Shown: positions 10,170-20,744 of the stretch, piece after piece
Numbering within the stretch: position 1 is the stretch's first letter
How the letters are laid out: each line of letters starts with the position of its first letter
Assembly (NCBI GenBank): GCA_963843795.1
Contig: CAWJLW010000006.1
Coordinates: forward strand, 3,236,375-3,300,374
Length of the DNA: 64,000 bases
Source of the DNA: an uncultured bacterium
Lineage (GTDB): Bacteria > Armatimonadota > Abditibacteriia > Abditibacteriales > Abditibacteriaceae
Direction: 5' to 3'
The notes under the pieces: model-generated
Seen by the model: the letters and a program-made list of their open reading frames with translations, nothing else
Told to the model about the DNA's origin: nothing
Database searches by the model: none
Made by a program: the position numbers and the translations under genes

Positions 10170-13100
10170 TTATTTGGCGAAATGACGCGCAAAGTGCGTC
10201 TTCAAAAATTGGCCGGTGTAGCTTTTCTTCACTCGCATCAACTGTTCCGGCGTGCCCTGCCCGATCAGCTTGCCGCCGCCCGCACCACCTTCGGGGCCAA
10301 GATCAATCAGGTAATCGGCGCAGGCAATCACATCTAAATTGTGTTCGATAATCAGAATGGTGTTGCCCTGATCGGTCAAGCGTTGCAGCACTTGAATCAA
10401 AACTTTCACGTCGGCCATGTGCAAGCCCACGCTCGGCTCGTCCAGAATATATAAGGTGTGCCCCGTCCCGCGTTTGGCCAGTTCGGTCGCCAATTTCACG
10501 CGCTGCGCTTCGCCGCCTGAAAGCGTCGTCGCCGGTTGGCCCAAGCGAATATAACCCAAGCCGACATCGACAATCGTCTGCAATTTGCGCGCAATTGAAG
10601 GAATCGCCTCAAAAGTCGCCAGACCTTCTTCAACCGTCATATTGAGCACATCGGAAATCGAGTGGCCTTTATACAAGACTTCCAGCGTTTCGCGGTTATA
10701 GCGCTTGCCCTCGCACACTTCGCAAGGCACATAAACATCGGGCAGAAAGTGCATTTCGATTTTGATAATGCCATCGCCCTGACAATTTTCGCAGCGCCCG
10801 CCCTTGACGTTGAAGCTGAAACGGCCCGGCCCATAACCGCGCGCCTTGCTTTCGCGCGTCAAAGCGAACAAATCGCGCAACGGCGTGAACGCGCCGGTGT
10901 AAGTCGCCGGATTCGAGCGCGGCGTGCGGCCAATCGGCGATTGGTCGATGTTGATAATCTTGTCGATTTGGCCCATGCCGTTAATTTCATCGTGCGCGCC
11001 CCAAACCGTGGGCTGATGATTAATTTCGTGCGCCAAACGCTGATGCAAAATATCTTCGACTAAAGTACTTTTGCCGCTGCCAGAAACCCCAGTCACGCAC
11101 ACCATGCAACCCAGCGGAATCTTGACATCAATACCGGTCAGGTTATGCTCGCGCGCGTTTTTCACTTCGATCCAGCCGCGTCGGTTCGCGCCGCTTATCG
11201 GGCATCGGAATGCCATCGCGCCCCGACAAAAATTGTCCGGTAATCGATTCCGGCGTCGCCATGATTTCATCGACTGCTACCCTGCGCCACAACCTGCCCG
11301 CCGTGCTCGCCGGCGCGCGGGCCAATATCCACGACATGATCTGCCGCGCGCATGGTTTCTTCGTCGTGTTCGACGACAATCACCGTGTTGCCCAGATTGC
11401 GCAAACGTTCTAACGTTTTGAGCAATTTCTCGTTATCGCGCTGATGCAAGCCGATAGACGGCTCGTCCAGAACGTACAACACGCCGACCAAGCCCGAACC
11501 AATTTGCGTCGCCAATCGAATGCGCTGCGCTTCGCCGCCCGAAAGCGTGTTGGCAGTGCGATCTAAATTCAAATAATCCAGGCCAACATCGACTAAAAAC
11601 TGCAAACGCTCATCAATTTCTTTCACGATGGGCCGCGCAATCGTTTGTTCGCGCTGCGACAACGTGCTATCTGCCGCGCGCAACTGATTGAAAAAACGCG
11701 ACGCTTCGCCAACACTCAAATGCGTCACCTGCGCGATATTGCGTCCATCGACCGTGACCGCGAGCGGAAACGGTTTCAGGCGCGCGCCCTTGCAGGTGCG
11801 GCACGGTTTATCGGAGCGATACTTCTGCAATTCTTCGCGCCACTTGTCGCCGTATTCGGTGTATTCGTTGTTCAAGCTCACTAACACGCCTTCAAACGGC
11901 GTGTCGTAAGCGCGCCGACGCCCGTGCATATTGACATAAGACACGTGAATTTTTTTGGTGCCCGTGCCATATAAAACCACATTTTTCTGGTCTTGATTTA
12001 ATTCGCTCCACGGCGCGTTGATATCGAAGCCATAGGTTTGCGCAATCGAGCGCAGCATTTGTTTTTTGTAGTTGGAATTGGTCTTTTTCCACGGCGCGAC
12101 GGCTCCATTTTCCAAACTCAAACGATCATCGGGCACGACCAAAGCCGGGTCGAATTCCTGATGAAATCCCAAACCCGCGCACTCCGGGCACGCGCCATAA
12201 GGCGAGTTGAAGCTAAAAGTGCGCGGCTCGATTTCTTCAAAACTGAGGTCGCAATGCGCGCACGCGAAATGTTCCGAGAATGTTAATAAAGCGGAATCAT
12301 CGCCATCATCGGGCGCATCGGGCCGCGCGGCGACTTCAACCTGCACAATGCCTTCGCCCAGTTGCAGCGCAGTCTGAATCGAATCGGCCAAGCGCGAACG
12401 TCCATCACTTTTCACCACGACACGATCGACCACGATTTCAATATCGTGTTTTTCGTAGCGTTCCAATTTGATGTCGTCGCTGTCGTCGAGATTATAAATC
12501 GTGCCATTGACACGCACACGCGCGAAGCCTTTTTTACGCACATCGTCGAACACTTTGCGATATTCGCCTTTGCGCCCGCGCACCAAAGGCGCCAGAATAT
12601 GGAGCCGCGTACCTTCGCCCAACTTCATGATCTGCTCGACGATCTGATCAACCGACTGCCGCGCGATTTCGCGTCCACAATTCGGACAATGCGGCGTGCC
12701 CGCGCGCGCGAACATCAAACGCAAATAATCATAAACCTCGGTCACAGTCGCAACTGTCGAACGCGGATTGCGGCTGGCAGTTTTCTGGTCGATGGAAACT
12801 GCGGGCGAAAGTCCTTCGATGAAATCCACATCCGGCTTGTCCATCTGTCCCAAAAACTGGCGCGCATACGCTGACAAACTTTCGACATAACGGCGTTGTC
12901 CTTCGGCGTAAATCGTGTCGAAAGCCAAACTCGATTTACCCGAACCGGACAAACCGGTAATTACAATGAGTTTGTGACGCGGTAGAACAAGATCAATATC
13001 TTTGAGATTATGCTGGCGCGCGCCTTTGATGATGATGAAATTATCGGGCGTGATCGGCAATTCATCGCCCAAACGCCCTGCAAGTACTTGCAGCCGCGCT

Positions 13101-13312
13101 TCTTCTTCCTTCATTTCATCAACCGGCGGCGCAAGTACTTGCGAGGCTGGTTTCGGAGTTTTTAGGGGAGATTTGGTAGCAGAATTTTTCGCCGCGCCAT
13201 TCTTGGCGGCGACAGTTTTCGTGGGAGTTTTGAGAATTTTATTTGTGGTCGTTTTGGCTTTAGAAGTGGATTTGGGCTTGGTTTCAGAAGTGGGCACAGC
13301 GGCTCCTTGCAA
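10170..13312 (-). CDS. uvrA: Excinuclease ABC subunit A, with two apparent frameshifts (~11278 and ~11180)
   Basis: Two Walker A motifs ([18 protein letters not shown]), two LSGGEAQR signatures and zinc fingers. The linker [17 protein letters not shown] lies in a third frame (ORF 11143-11379). Start codon uncertain. Confidence 0.95.
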
Positions 13313-13431
13313 TTGGAAAGCAGTGAGAATAGTTTGACAAACTGACGCGCGACACCCGCCGCGCGTTGCGAAACGCGGGCCGATACAGTTATTCGTGAGC
13401 GTGTTTAATCTTTACGACAATCTAAAAACAC

Positions 13432-13467
13432 AAAACGTGCGCTGCAAGTACTTGCAGCGCACGTTTT
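13432..13467. terminator. 36-bp perfect palindrome centred on GCAAGTACTTGC after the aldo/keto reductase gene
   Basis: aaaacgtgcgctgcaagt|acttgcagcgcacgtttt. Confidence 0.72.
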
Positions 13468-13483
13468 CATCATTATAAAAGCT

Positions 13484-14329
13484 TTATTTAAACGCCGCAG
13501 TTTCGGGGTCGGCGCCGATGCGTTCGTTTTTGTCCAAACTGGCAATTTGCGCCATATCATCATCGGACAATTCAAAGCCGAAAACATCGAAGTTTTCGCG
13601 GATGCGGCTGGGCGTGACGGATTTGGGAATCACGATGAAATCGTTTTGAATGTGCCAGCGCAACACGATTTGCGCGGCGCTTTTGTTGTGCGCTCGCGCG
13701 AGCTTTTGCAAAGTCTCGTTTTCGAGAGAATCGCCGCCGCGCATCAGCGGGCTATACGATTCGATTTTGATATTGTGGGCTTCGCAATACTCGCGCGTTT
13801 CGTGCGATTGCAGTAAGGGATGCAATTCGATTTGGTTGACGGCGGGCACAACTTTCTGGGTTTCGGCCAATTTTTCCAGATGGTGCGGCAAGAAGTTGGA
13901 AACGCCAATCGCGCGCACGCGGCCATCATCCAGCAATTTTTCCATCGCGCGCCACGCTTCGGGAAACAGACCGTCCATCGGCAGCGGCCAGTGAATCAGA
14001 TACAAGTCGAAATAATCGCAATCGAGCCGTTTCATGCTTTCATCGAAAGCTTTCAAAGCGGCGTCGTATTCGTGATGCGCGTTCCACAATTTGGTTGTGA
14101 TGAAAAGTTCTTCGCGCGCGACGCCGCTATTTTTGATGGCTTTTCCCACGCCGGCTTCGTTACCGTAAATCGCTGCGGTGTCGATGAGACGATAGCCCGT
14201 TTCAATCGCGGTTTCGACGGCATTTTCGACTTCGCTGCCTTCTTCGGCCTGCCAGACGCCGAGTCCGATTTGCGGAATTTGCACGCCGTTGTTCAATTCA
14301 ATCGTTGGAATTTGTGTGTTGGTAGACAT
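13484..14329 (-). CDS. Aldo/keto reductase (2,5-diketo-D-gluconate reductase-like)
   Basis: IPQIGLGVWQ, GYRLIDTAAIYGNE, LYLIHWP, AIGVSNF and IPKS motifs. Confidence 0.95.
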   Translation of the reverse strand: MSTNTQIPTIELNNGVQIPQIGLGVWQAEEGSEVENAVETAIETGYRLIDTAAIYGNEAGVGKAIKNSGVAREELFITTKLWNAHHEYDAALKAFDESMKRLDCDYFDLYLIHWPLPMDGLFPEAWRAMEKLLDDGRVRAIGVSNFLPHHLEKLAETQKVVPAVNQIELHPLLQSHETREYCEAHNIKIESYSPLMRGGDSLENETLQKLARAHNKSAAQIVLRWHIQNDFIVIPKSVTPSRIRENFDVFGFELSDDDMAQIASLDKNERIGADPETAAFK

Positions 14330-14368
14330 AATTTTATTTTCTCCCGCGCTTGTTTTAGCAAGTGTCAG

Positions 14369-14412
14369 ACCGAAAAAGCGCGCGGCAAGTACTTGCCGCG
14401 CGCTTTTTCGGT
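14369..14412. terminator. 44-bp perfect palindrome centred on GCAAGTACTTGC after the diguanylate cyclase gene
   Basis: accgaaaaagcgcgcggcaagt|acttgccgcgcgctttttcggt. Confidence 0.75.
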
Positions 14413-14419
14413 GATTGAA

Positions 14420-16141
14420 TTAAACGGTTTCGGAAACGCAGTCGCTGGCGTGGACGACGCGGTTGCGCCCATTGACTTTGGCTTGATACAAAGCGGCATC
14501 GGCGGCTTCAACTAAGATGGTGGCAGTAGCCGTGGAAGTCGCAAAAGTAGCGATGCCACAGCTGGCGGTGATATTGCGTTCTTCCCACGGGGCGCTTTCA
14601 ATGGCTCGACGGCAGCGATGGGCCAGAGCAATCGCGCCGTCGTGTTCGGTGTCGGGTGAAATCACCACAAATTCTTCGCCGCCATAACGCGCCACGATAT
14701 CGGTGGCGCGCGAAGCTGCAGTCAGCAGTTCGGCCACACAGCGCAGCACCGCATCGCCAGCGAGGTGGCCGAAGGTGTCGTTGTAGCTTTTGAAGTTATC
14801 CACGTCAAGTAACAGCACTGAGAGCGCGGTGCCGTGACGTTGCGCCCGCGCAAATTCATGGTGCAGATAATCTTCAAAAGCGCGGCGATTTTTCAAACCA
14901 GTCAATCCATCGGTCGTGGCCAAAACCTCCAGCCGCGCGTTGGCTTCAGCCAATTTCTGCTGTTGGGCGGCGATTTTGTTTTCGTCTTCGCGGCGGCGCG
15001 TGATGTCGTGAAAAATTGAGCGCGTGGAAATGGGGTGGCCATCTTTAAACTGGCAACTGCTGCTGCCTTCGACAATAATTTTACGACCATCTTTGGTGAC
15101 GAAAACGGCTTCGATAGCGCCCAATTTTTCACCGGCACATACACGCCCAAACATTTCTAAGCAGTGCTGGCGACTATCGGGATGAATGATTTGCAACAAC
15201 GATAAATGAGAAATTTCTGCGTCGCTATAACCCAAAGTTTCCTTCCACGCGCGATTGACAAAGAGCAGTTTGCCGTCAGGGGCAACACTTTGAATCAAAT
15301 CAGTGGCGTTATCGAACAAATCCCGATAACGCGCTTCGCTCTCGCTCAACGATTGTTCCATCGCCAAGCGTTCGGTGACATCATGCATGGCTGATACGCG
15401 CGCCGGAAGTCCACGATATAGAATGCGTTTACCACGCGCCTCGCCAGTGAACGTGCTGCCATCTTTGCGCAGTCCTTGAAAAAAGAACGGTCTTTCGTCG
15501 CAGGCCAGAACCAGTTTCAAGACGCGCTCGCGGTCTTTGGGCGTGATCACATCCAAAGGCCCTTTTCCGATTAGTTCGGATAAATCGTAGCCATACAAAT
15601 CCATGAAGTTCTGATTGGCATCGACGATTTTGCCGTCTTGCGTAATCACAATCGCTTCGAAAGTCGCTTCGGCCAAAGACTGAAAATGCTCCTCACTTTC
15701 CTGCAAAGCAGTTTCGGCTGCGCGCTGCGCGGTGATATCTTTGCCAATGCCTAAAAAACCTTTGATTTCGCCGTTCGTATCCCGCAACGCCGTCACCGAT
15801 AAACGCACCCAGAAACGCGTGCCGTCTTTACGGATATAGCTCCAATCGTTTTCATCAACCAAACCACGACGCGCTTTGGCTACAAACACCTCGAAACCTG
15901 GCTCGACTTCGGTTTCCAATTCGCGCGAAAGCTGGGTAGCGCGTTGAAGGATTTCTGCCGAATCGTGGATGAAAGCGGGTGTGCGACCGGCCAGAAATTC
16001 CTGCTCGCTGTAACCCAATTGACGCATCGCACCGGCGTTACAACTCAGAATAATGCCGTTGATATCAGTCGCAATAATCGTTAGATCAGCGCTATCGAGA
16101 ACCACTTTCTGCCACGCGTCTTGAAGCTGCAATCTTTCCAT
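14420..16141 (-). CDS. PAS-domain (x3) diguanylate cyclase
   Basis: Three PAS/PAC units (RKDG...DIT), followed by TDGLTGLKNRR and RYGGEEF; RATD I-site present. Confidence 0.93.
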   Translation of the reverse strand: MERLQLQDAWQKVVLDSADLTIIATDINGIILSCNAGAMRQLGYSEQEFLAGRTPAFIHDSAEILQRATQLSRELETEVEPGFEVFVAKARRGLVDENDWSYIRKDGTRFWVRLSVTALRDTNGEIKGFLGIGKDITAQRAAETALQESEEHFQSLAEATFEAIVITQDGKIVDANQNFMDLYGYDLSELIGKGPLDVITPKDRERVLKLVLACDERPFFFQGLRKDGSTFTGEARGKRILYRGLPARVSAMHDVTERLAMEQSLSESEARYRDLFDNATDLIQSVAPDGKLLFVNRAWKETLGYSDAEISHLSLLQIIHPDSRQHCLEMFGRVCAGEKLGAIEAVFVTKDGRKIIVEGSSSCQFKDGHPISTRSIFHDITRRREDENKIAAQQQKLAEANARLEVLATTDGLTGLKNRRAFEDYLHHEFARAQRHGTALSVLLLDVDNFKSYNDTFGHLAGDAVLRCVAELLTAASRATDIVARYGGEEFVVISPDTEHDGAIALAHRCRRAIESAPWEERNITASCGIATFATSTATATILVEAADAALYQAKVNGRNRVVHASDCVSETV

Positions 16142-16196
16142 CGGATTTCACCGTTTCTGAGCTTTTCTGAGCTAAGTTCAGTATGGCACCAACGCA

Positions 16197-16230
16197 AAAA
16201 GCGCGCCGCAAGTACTTGCGGCGCGCTTTT
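16197..16230. terminator. 34-bp perfect palindrome centred on GCAAGTACTTGC after nadA
   Basis: aaaagcgcgccgcaagt|acttgcggcgcgctttt. Confidence 0.72.
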
Positions 16231-16246
16231 CTTATTCAGTCTCGGT

Positions 16247-17463
16247 TCACGCAATATCCAACATTCGTTGCAGCGCCAATTTCGCTTCGCTCGCCGTCGG
16301 TTCGGGCACGACAATTTGATTCACTACGCGGCCTTCAAGCAAATTGTCCATCACCCACAACATGTGCGGGCCATCGACACGATACATCGTCGAGCATACG
16401 CACACGTTTGGATTCAAGCTCAAAACCGTGCGGTCGGGATATTCTTGCGCCAAACGCGAAACCAGATTGATTTCGGTTCCGACTGCGAACACATCGCCCG
16501 GCTGTCCCGCCGCAATAATCTGACGAATTTTTTCGGTCGAGCCGTAGCTATCGGCTTTAACCACAACTTCGTGCGTGCATTCGGGATGCACCACAATATG
16601 CACGCCGGGATGGGCTTTGCGCATATTGTCGATGTGAATCGGCATGAAAGTGCCGTGAACGCTGCAATGGCCTTTCCACAACAAAATTGGCGCGGCTCGC
16701 AACGCTTCGTCAGTCTGCCCGCCGTTGTCTTTGAACGGATCCCACACGATGCAATCTTCGAGCGCGAAACCCATTTCCAGAACCGCCGTGTTGCGACCCA
16801 GATGTTGATCGGGGAAGAACAACAATTTCTCGCCACCCGCGCCGCCGTCTTCGACCGGCGTCAAAGCCCAATCCATGATTTTCTGGGCGTTGCTGCTGAA
16901 GTGCAAACCGCGCCGCCGTTGCGCCCGACAAACGCCTTCAAATTGGCCGCCGAGTTCATGTACGTAATCGGAATAATCTTCTGTCCCGCGCACGCTTGCA
17001 TCAGCGTTTCCCACGCTTCTTCGACCTGATCGATGTCGGCCATATCGGCCATCGAGCAACCGGCGTGCAAGTCGGGCAGAATCACTTTCTGGTGCGGCGC
17101 GCTCAGAATATCGGCGCTCTCGGCCATGAAATGCACGCCGCAGAAAATAATCCATTCCGCATCGGGACGCGCCGCGGCATCTTTGCACAATTTGAAGCTA
17201 TCGCCGCGAAAATCGGCCCAGCGAATCACTTCTTCGCGCTGGTAATGATGGCCCAGAATCACCAGCTTCGACCCCAAACGTTCCTTTGCACGCGCGATTT
17301 CAATGACGATTTCGTCCGCGCTCATTTCGGTATATTTGGGCGGCAGCGGCACCTGCAACTGCGCGCCGCTCTGCATCGTGATGTGGCCAATCCAACCGCC
17401 ATCGCGCTGCACAATTTTTTCCTGCGCCGTCTTTAACGCGCCCTGCAATTCCAATGTCGCCAT
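16247..17463 (-). CDS. nadA: Quinolinate synthase, with one apparent frameshift near 16895
   Basis: ILGHHYQR, FCGVHFMAE, AGCSMADMA, YMNS and VCTS lie in one frame. SNA, FFPDQHLGRN, GHCSVH, VHPEC, GST and GTE continue in another. Confidence 0.93.
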
Positions 17464-17597
17464 GATATTTTTCTCCGTTCGTTGGCTAAAACCCAAACTT
17501 AACCGGTAATCTTACTCGCTTGTGAAATGTTTCACAAGGTCTTAAACGTTGAATTTGTGTTGAGGTTCAATGGGTTTTAGTGGGCTAAAATGAAAAT

Positions 17598-18161
17598 ATG
17601 TTCGAATTCAAAGTTGATCAAGAGATTTCGCTGCGTTTATTGGAAGCGCGCGGGGATGCAGCGCTGTTTGCGCTGGTTGATGCCAATCGCAAGTACTTGC
17701 GGCGCTGGATGGCGTGGTTGGATGGTACAAAAGCCGTCGCTGACATCGCTGAATTTACACGTACGACGCGGCAGCAATTCGCGGATAATGGTGGTTTCGT
17801 GGCGGGAATTTGGTTTCGCGGCGAATTGTGCGGTGTGGTGGGTCATAATCACGTCAGTTGGGTCAATCGCGCTGGCACGCTGGGTTATTGGCTGAGCGCG
17901 GATTTGCAAGGGCGCGGCATTATGACACGCGCGTGTCGTGCGATTGTGGATTATTCGTTCGACGAACTGAATTTGAATCGTGTCGAGATTCGTTGTGCGA
18001 GTGAAAATGCGCCAAGCCGCGCGATTCCCCAGCGTTTGGGTTTTACTCATGAAGGCACGATTCGGAACGCGGAATGGTTGTATGATAAGTTTGTAGACCA
18101 CGAAATTTACGGAATTTTGAAGAATGATTTCCTGCCATTTCCAGTTGTCACAACCGAATAA
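17598..18161 (+). CDS. RimJ/RimL-family GNAT N-acetyltransferase
   Basis: LGYWL...QGRGIMT...LNRVEIRC..N..SRAIPQRLGF..EG. Confidence 0.92.
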   Translation: MFEFKVDQEISLRLLEARGDAALFALVDANRKYLRRWMAWLDGTKAVADIAEFTRTTRQQFADNGGFVAGIWFRGELCGVVGHNHVSWVNRAGTLGYWLSADLQGRGIMTRACRAIVDYSFDELNLNRVEIRCASENAPSRAIPQRLGFTHEGTIRNAEWLYDKFVDHEIYGILKNDFLPFPVVTTE

Positions 18162-18180
18162 GAATAACCATAGAGAGCAC

Positions 18181-18219
18181 AAAAGGCACAGAGATTTCAA
18201 TGAAATCTCTGTGCCTTTT
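18181..18219. terminator. Bidirectional hairpin between the convergent GNAT and msrB genes
   Basis: aaaaggcacagagatttca-a-tgaaatctctgtgcctttt. Confidence 0.75.
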
Positions 18220-18246
18220 TAGGAGCTTCGCAGGTACTCGTGAGAC

Positions 18247-18663
18247 TTACGACTTGTCGTTTTCTTTTTCAAAATCCAACGACACGGAATTGATGCAGTA
18301 GCGCAAACCGGTGGGCGCGGGGCCATCCTCGAAAACGTGGCCCAGATGAGCGCCGCAAGTCGCGCACATCACTTCGGTGCGGTTCATGCCATACGACGTA
18401 TCGGTTTCCAGTTCGATATTATTGGGATCGACCGGCGAGGTGAAACTGGGCCAGCCGCTACCGCTATCGAATTTGGTATCGGAATTAAACAGCGGCGTTT
18501 CGCAGCAGATGCAGCGATAAATGCCGTCGTCTTTGTTGTAAGTCAGCGCGCCGCTGCCCGCCCGTTCGGTGCCTTTTTTGCGCGCGACTTGAAATTGATC
18601 TTGCGTCAAAAGCTCGCGCCATTCTTCGTCAGTCTTTTGAACTTTATATTTGGATTCGCTCAT
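18247..18663 (-). CDS. msrB: Peptide-methionine (R)-S-oxide reductase
   Basis: [42 protein letters not shown]. Start taken at MSESK after an AAGGAG ribosome-binding site. Confidence 0.96.
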   Translation of the reverse strand: MSESKYKVQKTDEEWRELLTQDQFQVARKKGTERAGSGALTYNKDDGIYRCICCETPLFNSDTKFDSGSGWPSFTSPVDPNNIELETDTSYGMNRTEVMCATCGAHLGHVFEDGPAPTGLRYCINSVSLDFEKENDKS

Positions 18664-18890
18664 TGTTTCTCCTTGAATTGATGTGACTGCGTTCCGACGA
18701 TGCAATCGCAAAAACGTTGCCCTGCAAGTACTTGCAGGGCGTTTTCAGCTTTAGCGTCGAGGGGTGGAATAGTGGAAGTTCGCGGAAGTTTACGAAATTA
18801 AGCTCTGGAATGGAGTCAGTAATTACTTGCGCTTGATACTGGGGCATGGTTTGTGGTAAATTATTTCCGTCGTGACGGATTCGCCGTCTG

Positions 18891-18964
18891 CGGGATATGG
18901 CTCAGCTTGGTAGAGCGCTTGACTGGGGGTCAAGAGGTCGTCGGTTCAAATCCGGCTATCCCGA
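18891..18964 (+). tRNA. tRNA-Pro(GGG)
   Basis: Acceptor stem cgggata/tatcccg, D arm gctcagcttggtagagc, anticodon arm cttga-ctGGGgg-tcaag, T loop ggttcaaatcc. CCA is not encoded. Confidence 0.95.
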
Positions 18965-19002
18965 TTTTTGTTGTTCGATCTTCGCTGTTCGATTTCATCA
19001 TC

Positions 19003-19044
19003 CCAAAAAAGCCATCTGCAAGTACTTGCAGATGGCTTTTTTGG
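19003..19044. terminator. 42-bp perfect palindrome centred on GCAAGTACTTGC after tRNA-Pro
   Basis: ccaaaaaagccatctgcaagt|acttgcagatggcttttttgg. Confidence 0.78.
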
Positions 19045-19075
19045 TTTTGGCGATGCAATTGCTAAATTTTAAATT

Positions 19076-19834
19076 GTGCCTACGCCCTCTTCACCGTTTC
19101 AGTCGTCGCCGCTTCAATTTCGCCGCCATCCGCTGCGATGGCTTTTGCAGCGTGTGCGCCATCCGTGGCGTTTAGCGTTTTTACTCGCCGGAATTTTAGC
19201 GCCGTTGGGCGTGATAGCGAGTCTGGCCGAAGATATTTGGAAACAGGAAACACTGCACTTTGATGTGCCGTTTTTACTTTATTTGCACGCACATTCCACG
19301 CCCGCTCTCGACCGTTTTTTTCTAATCTGGACTTATGCCGGTGGCTTTGGAGGCACCTCAATCATCGTGGCGCTGGGCAGCGTTTGGCTGTGGCGCATGG
19401 GGCGGAGGCGCGCGTTTGGATTTTGGCTCCTGACGATGCTGGGCGCCGGCATTTTGAATATCATTATCAAGCTGTTTTTTCATCGCCATCGCCCAACCTT
19501 ATGGGAGCCAATTACGCCGCTGCACGACTACTCATTTCCCAGTGGCCACGCGATGTTGTCGATGAGTCTGGGTGCGGCGATTTTACTTTTGCTGTGGCCT
19601 ACAAATGGAAAACCGGGATTTTTCGCGCGGTGGGCAGCGGCGATTTTCGCTCTTATCTGGCCGCTCGGCGTGGGTTTGAGCCGTTTGTATCTGGGCGTGC
19701 ATTTTCCAAGCGATGTGCTGGCCGGTTGGTGCGCAGGTTTGGCGTGGACAGTAGGCGTTTATTTGCTTTGGCGTGGTGAGCGCGACGTTTATTTTCAACG
19801 CGTTAATGTGGACAGCGATGAACCAGAAATTTAA
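19076..19834 (+). CDS. PAP2-family membrane phosphatase
   Basis: K......RP, YSFPSGHA and SRLYLGVHFPSDV motifs. Confidence 0.93.
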   Translation: MPTPSSPFQSSPLQFRRHPLRWLLQRVRHPWRLAFLLAGILAPLGVIASLAEDIWKQETLHFDVPFLLYLHAHSTPALDRFFLIWTYAGGFGGTSIIVALGSVWLWRMGRRRAFGFWLLTMLGAGILNIIIKLFFHRHRPTLWEPITPLHDYSFPSGHAMLSMSLGAAILLLLWPTNGKPGFFARWAAAIFALIWPLGVGLSRLYLGVHFPSDVLAGWCAGLAWTVGVYLLWRGERDVYFQRVNVDSDEPEI

Positions 19835-19889
19835 AAGCGTGCTGCAGGTACTTGCAGCGTGTCACGGGCGTTACAATTTATGAAAAGCG

Positions 19890-20609
19890 ATGATGAAAGC
19901 AATTTTACTGGCTGGGGCAATTTTACTGGCAATAATGTTCATCGTTCCGGTCGCGATCTATTACAGCAGCGATGCGGGACAAAAGAAAGTTGTGCCCGCT
20001 TTGCCTGACGCACAAACGCCGGTTACCGCCCGCGTGCCGTTGCCATTGGCACAAGTGCGCACGCGTCTGCTGAAAAAATTGGGCGCAGAATTTTCGGGGC
20101 CAAACAGCTACGCCGAACTGTCACATCCCGAATATGGGCCACAATTTCAGAAATTCAGCGTGCTGCCCAACGAAAATGGCAACATCGACGGTCAGTTTCG
20201 CTTCACCGACACCGGCATGAGCAGTGACGCGCCTATCAGCACCCATAAACTCGATCTGGAAACTCAAGACCCCGGTTTGCCCGCTTATCTACAATTGCCA
20301 GTTCCCGAACGACAGCACGATTTGCAAATCGAAGCACGTTTGCATTGGACAGCGGAAGATATACAAAAAAATGGCGCTGCGCTGCCTTACAACAGCGATT
20401 ACCTTGTTCACTTGAAAAGTCTCAAGCCCAATGAAACTGAAGTCACGATTTTGGGTTTGAATGCGACCGTGATCGATGGTCAGCGCTGGAGCGTGATTGG
20501 CGATATATTTTTCACCACACCGCGTCGTGTCGATAACGTTCTGGCAACGCCGCCATCGCCTGCGGATAAACGCGCGATGCTGGAGAATGTGTTGAAAATG
20601 TTGAAGTGA
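19890..20609 (+). CDS. Hypothetical membrane-anchored protein
   Basis: N-terminal hydrophobic helix; host-like codon usage. Confidence 0.65.
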   Translation: MMKAILLAGAILLAIMFIVPVAIYYSSDAGQKKVVPALPDAQTPVTARVPLPLAQVRTRLLKKLGAEFSGPNSYAELSHPEYGPQFQKFSVLPNENGNIDGQFRFTDTGMSSDAPISTHKLDLETQDPGLPAYLQLPVPERQHDLQIEARLHWTAEDIQKNGAALPYNSDYLVHLKSLKPNETEVTILGLNATVIDGQRWSVIGDIFFTTPRRVDNVLATPPSPADKRAMLENVLKMLK

Positions 20610-20744
20610 AAAGCCCAGATGCAACTCCTTGTAGCGCACTTTCTGTAGGAAAGGCAACATCGGTCGGCCAGAATGGTGCAAAAGTGCGCTGCAAGTACTT
20701 GCGGGGGCGATTTTACTCTGCGCTGAGAAAAAACGGATGAAACG

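Noticed and set aside
10170..13312. uvrA, nadA and catalase as true pseudogenes or programmed frameshifts
   Set aside because: All motifs are intact, I saw no slippery heptamer pattern, and indels are scattered across unrelated genes; sequencing error is more parsimonious.
16121..17029. Long antisense or alternate-frame ORFs (e.g. 16121-17029 +, 33036-33845 -, 57787-58596 +)
   Set aside because: They overlap well-supported genes on the opposite strand and have no recognisable motifs; expected at this GC content.
18891..19100. tRNA-Pro as an integration site for an island or prophage
   Set aside because: No integrase and no duplicated tRNA 3' end seen; downstream genes carry the host palindrome.
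18853..19175. ORFs 18853-19065 and 18897-19175
   Set aside because: They overlap tRNA-Pro and its terminator; spurious.
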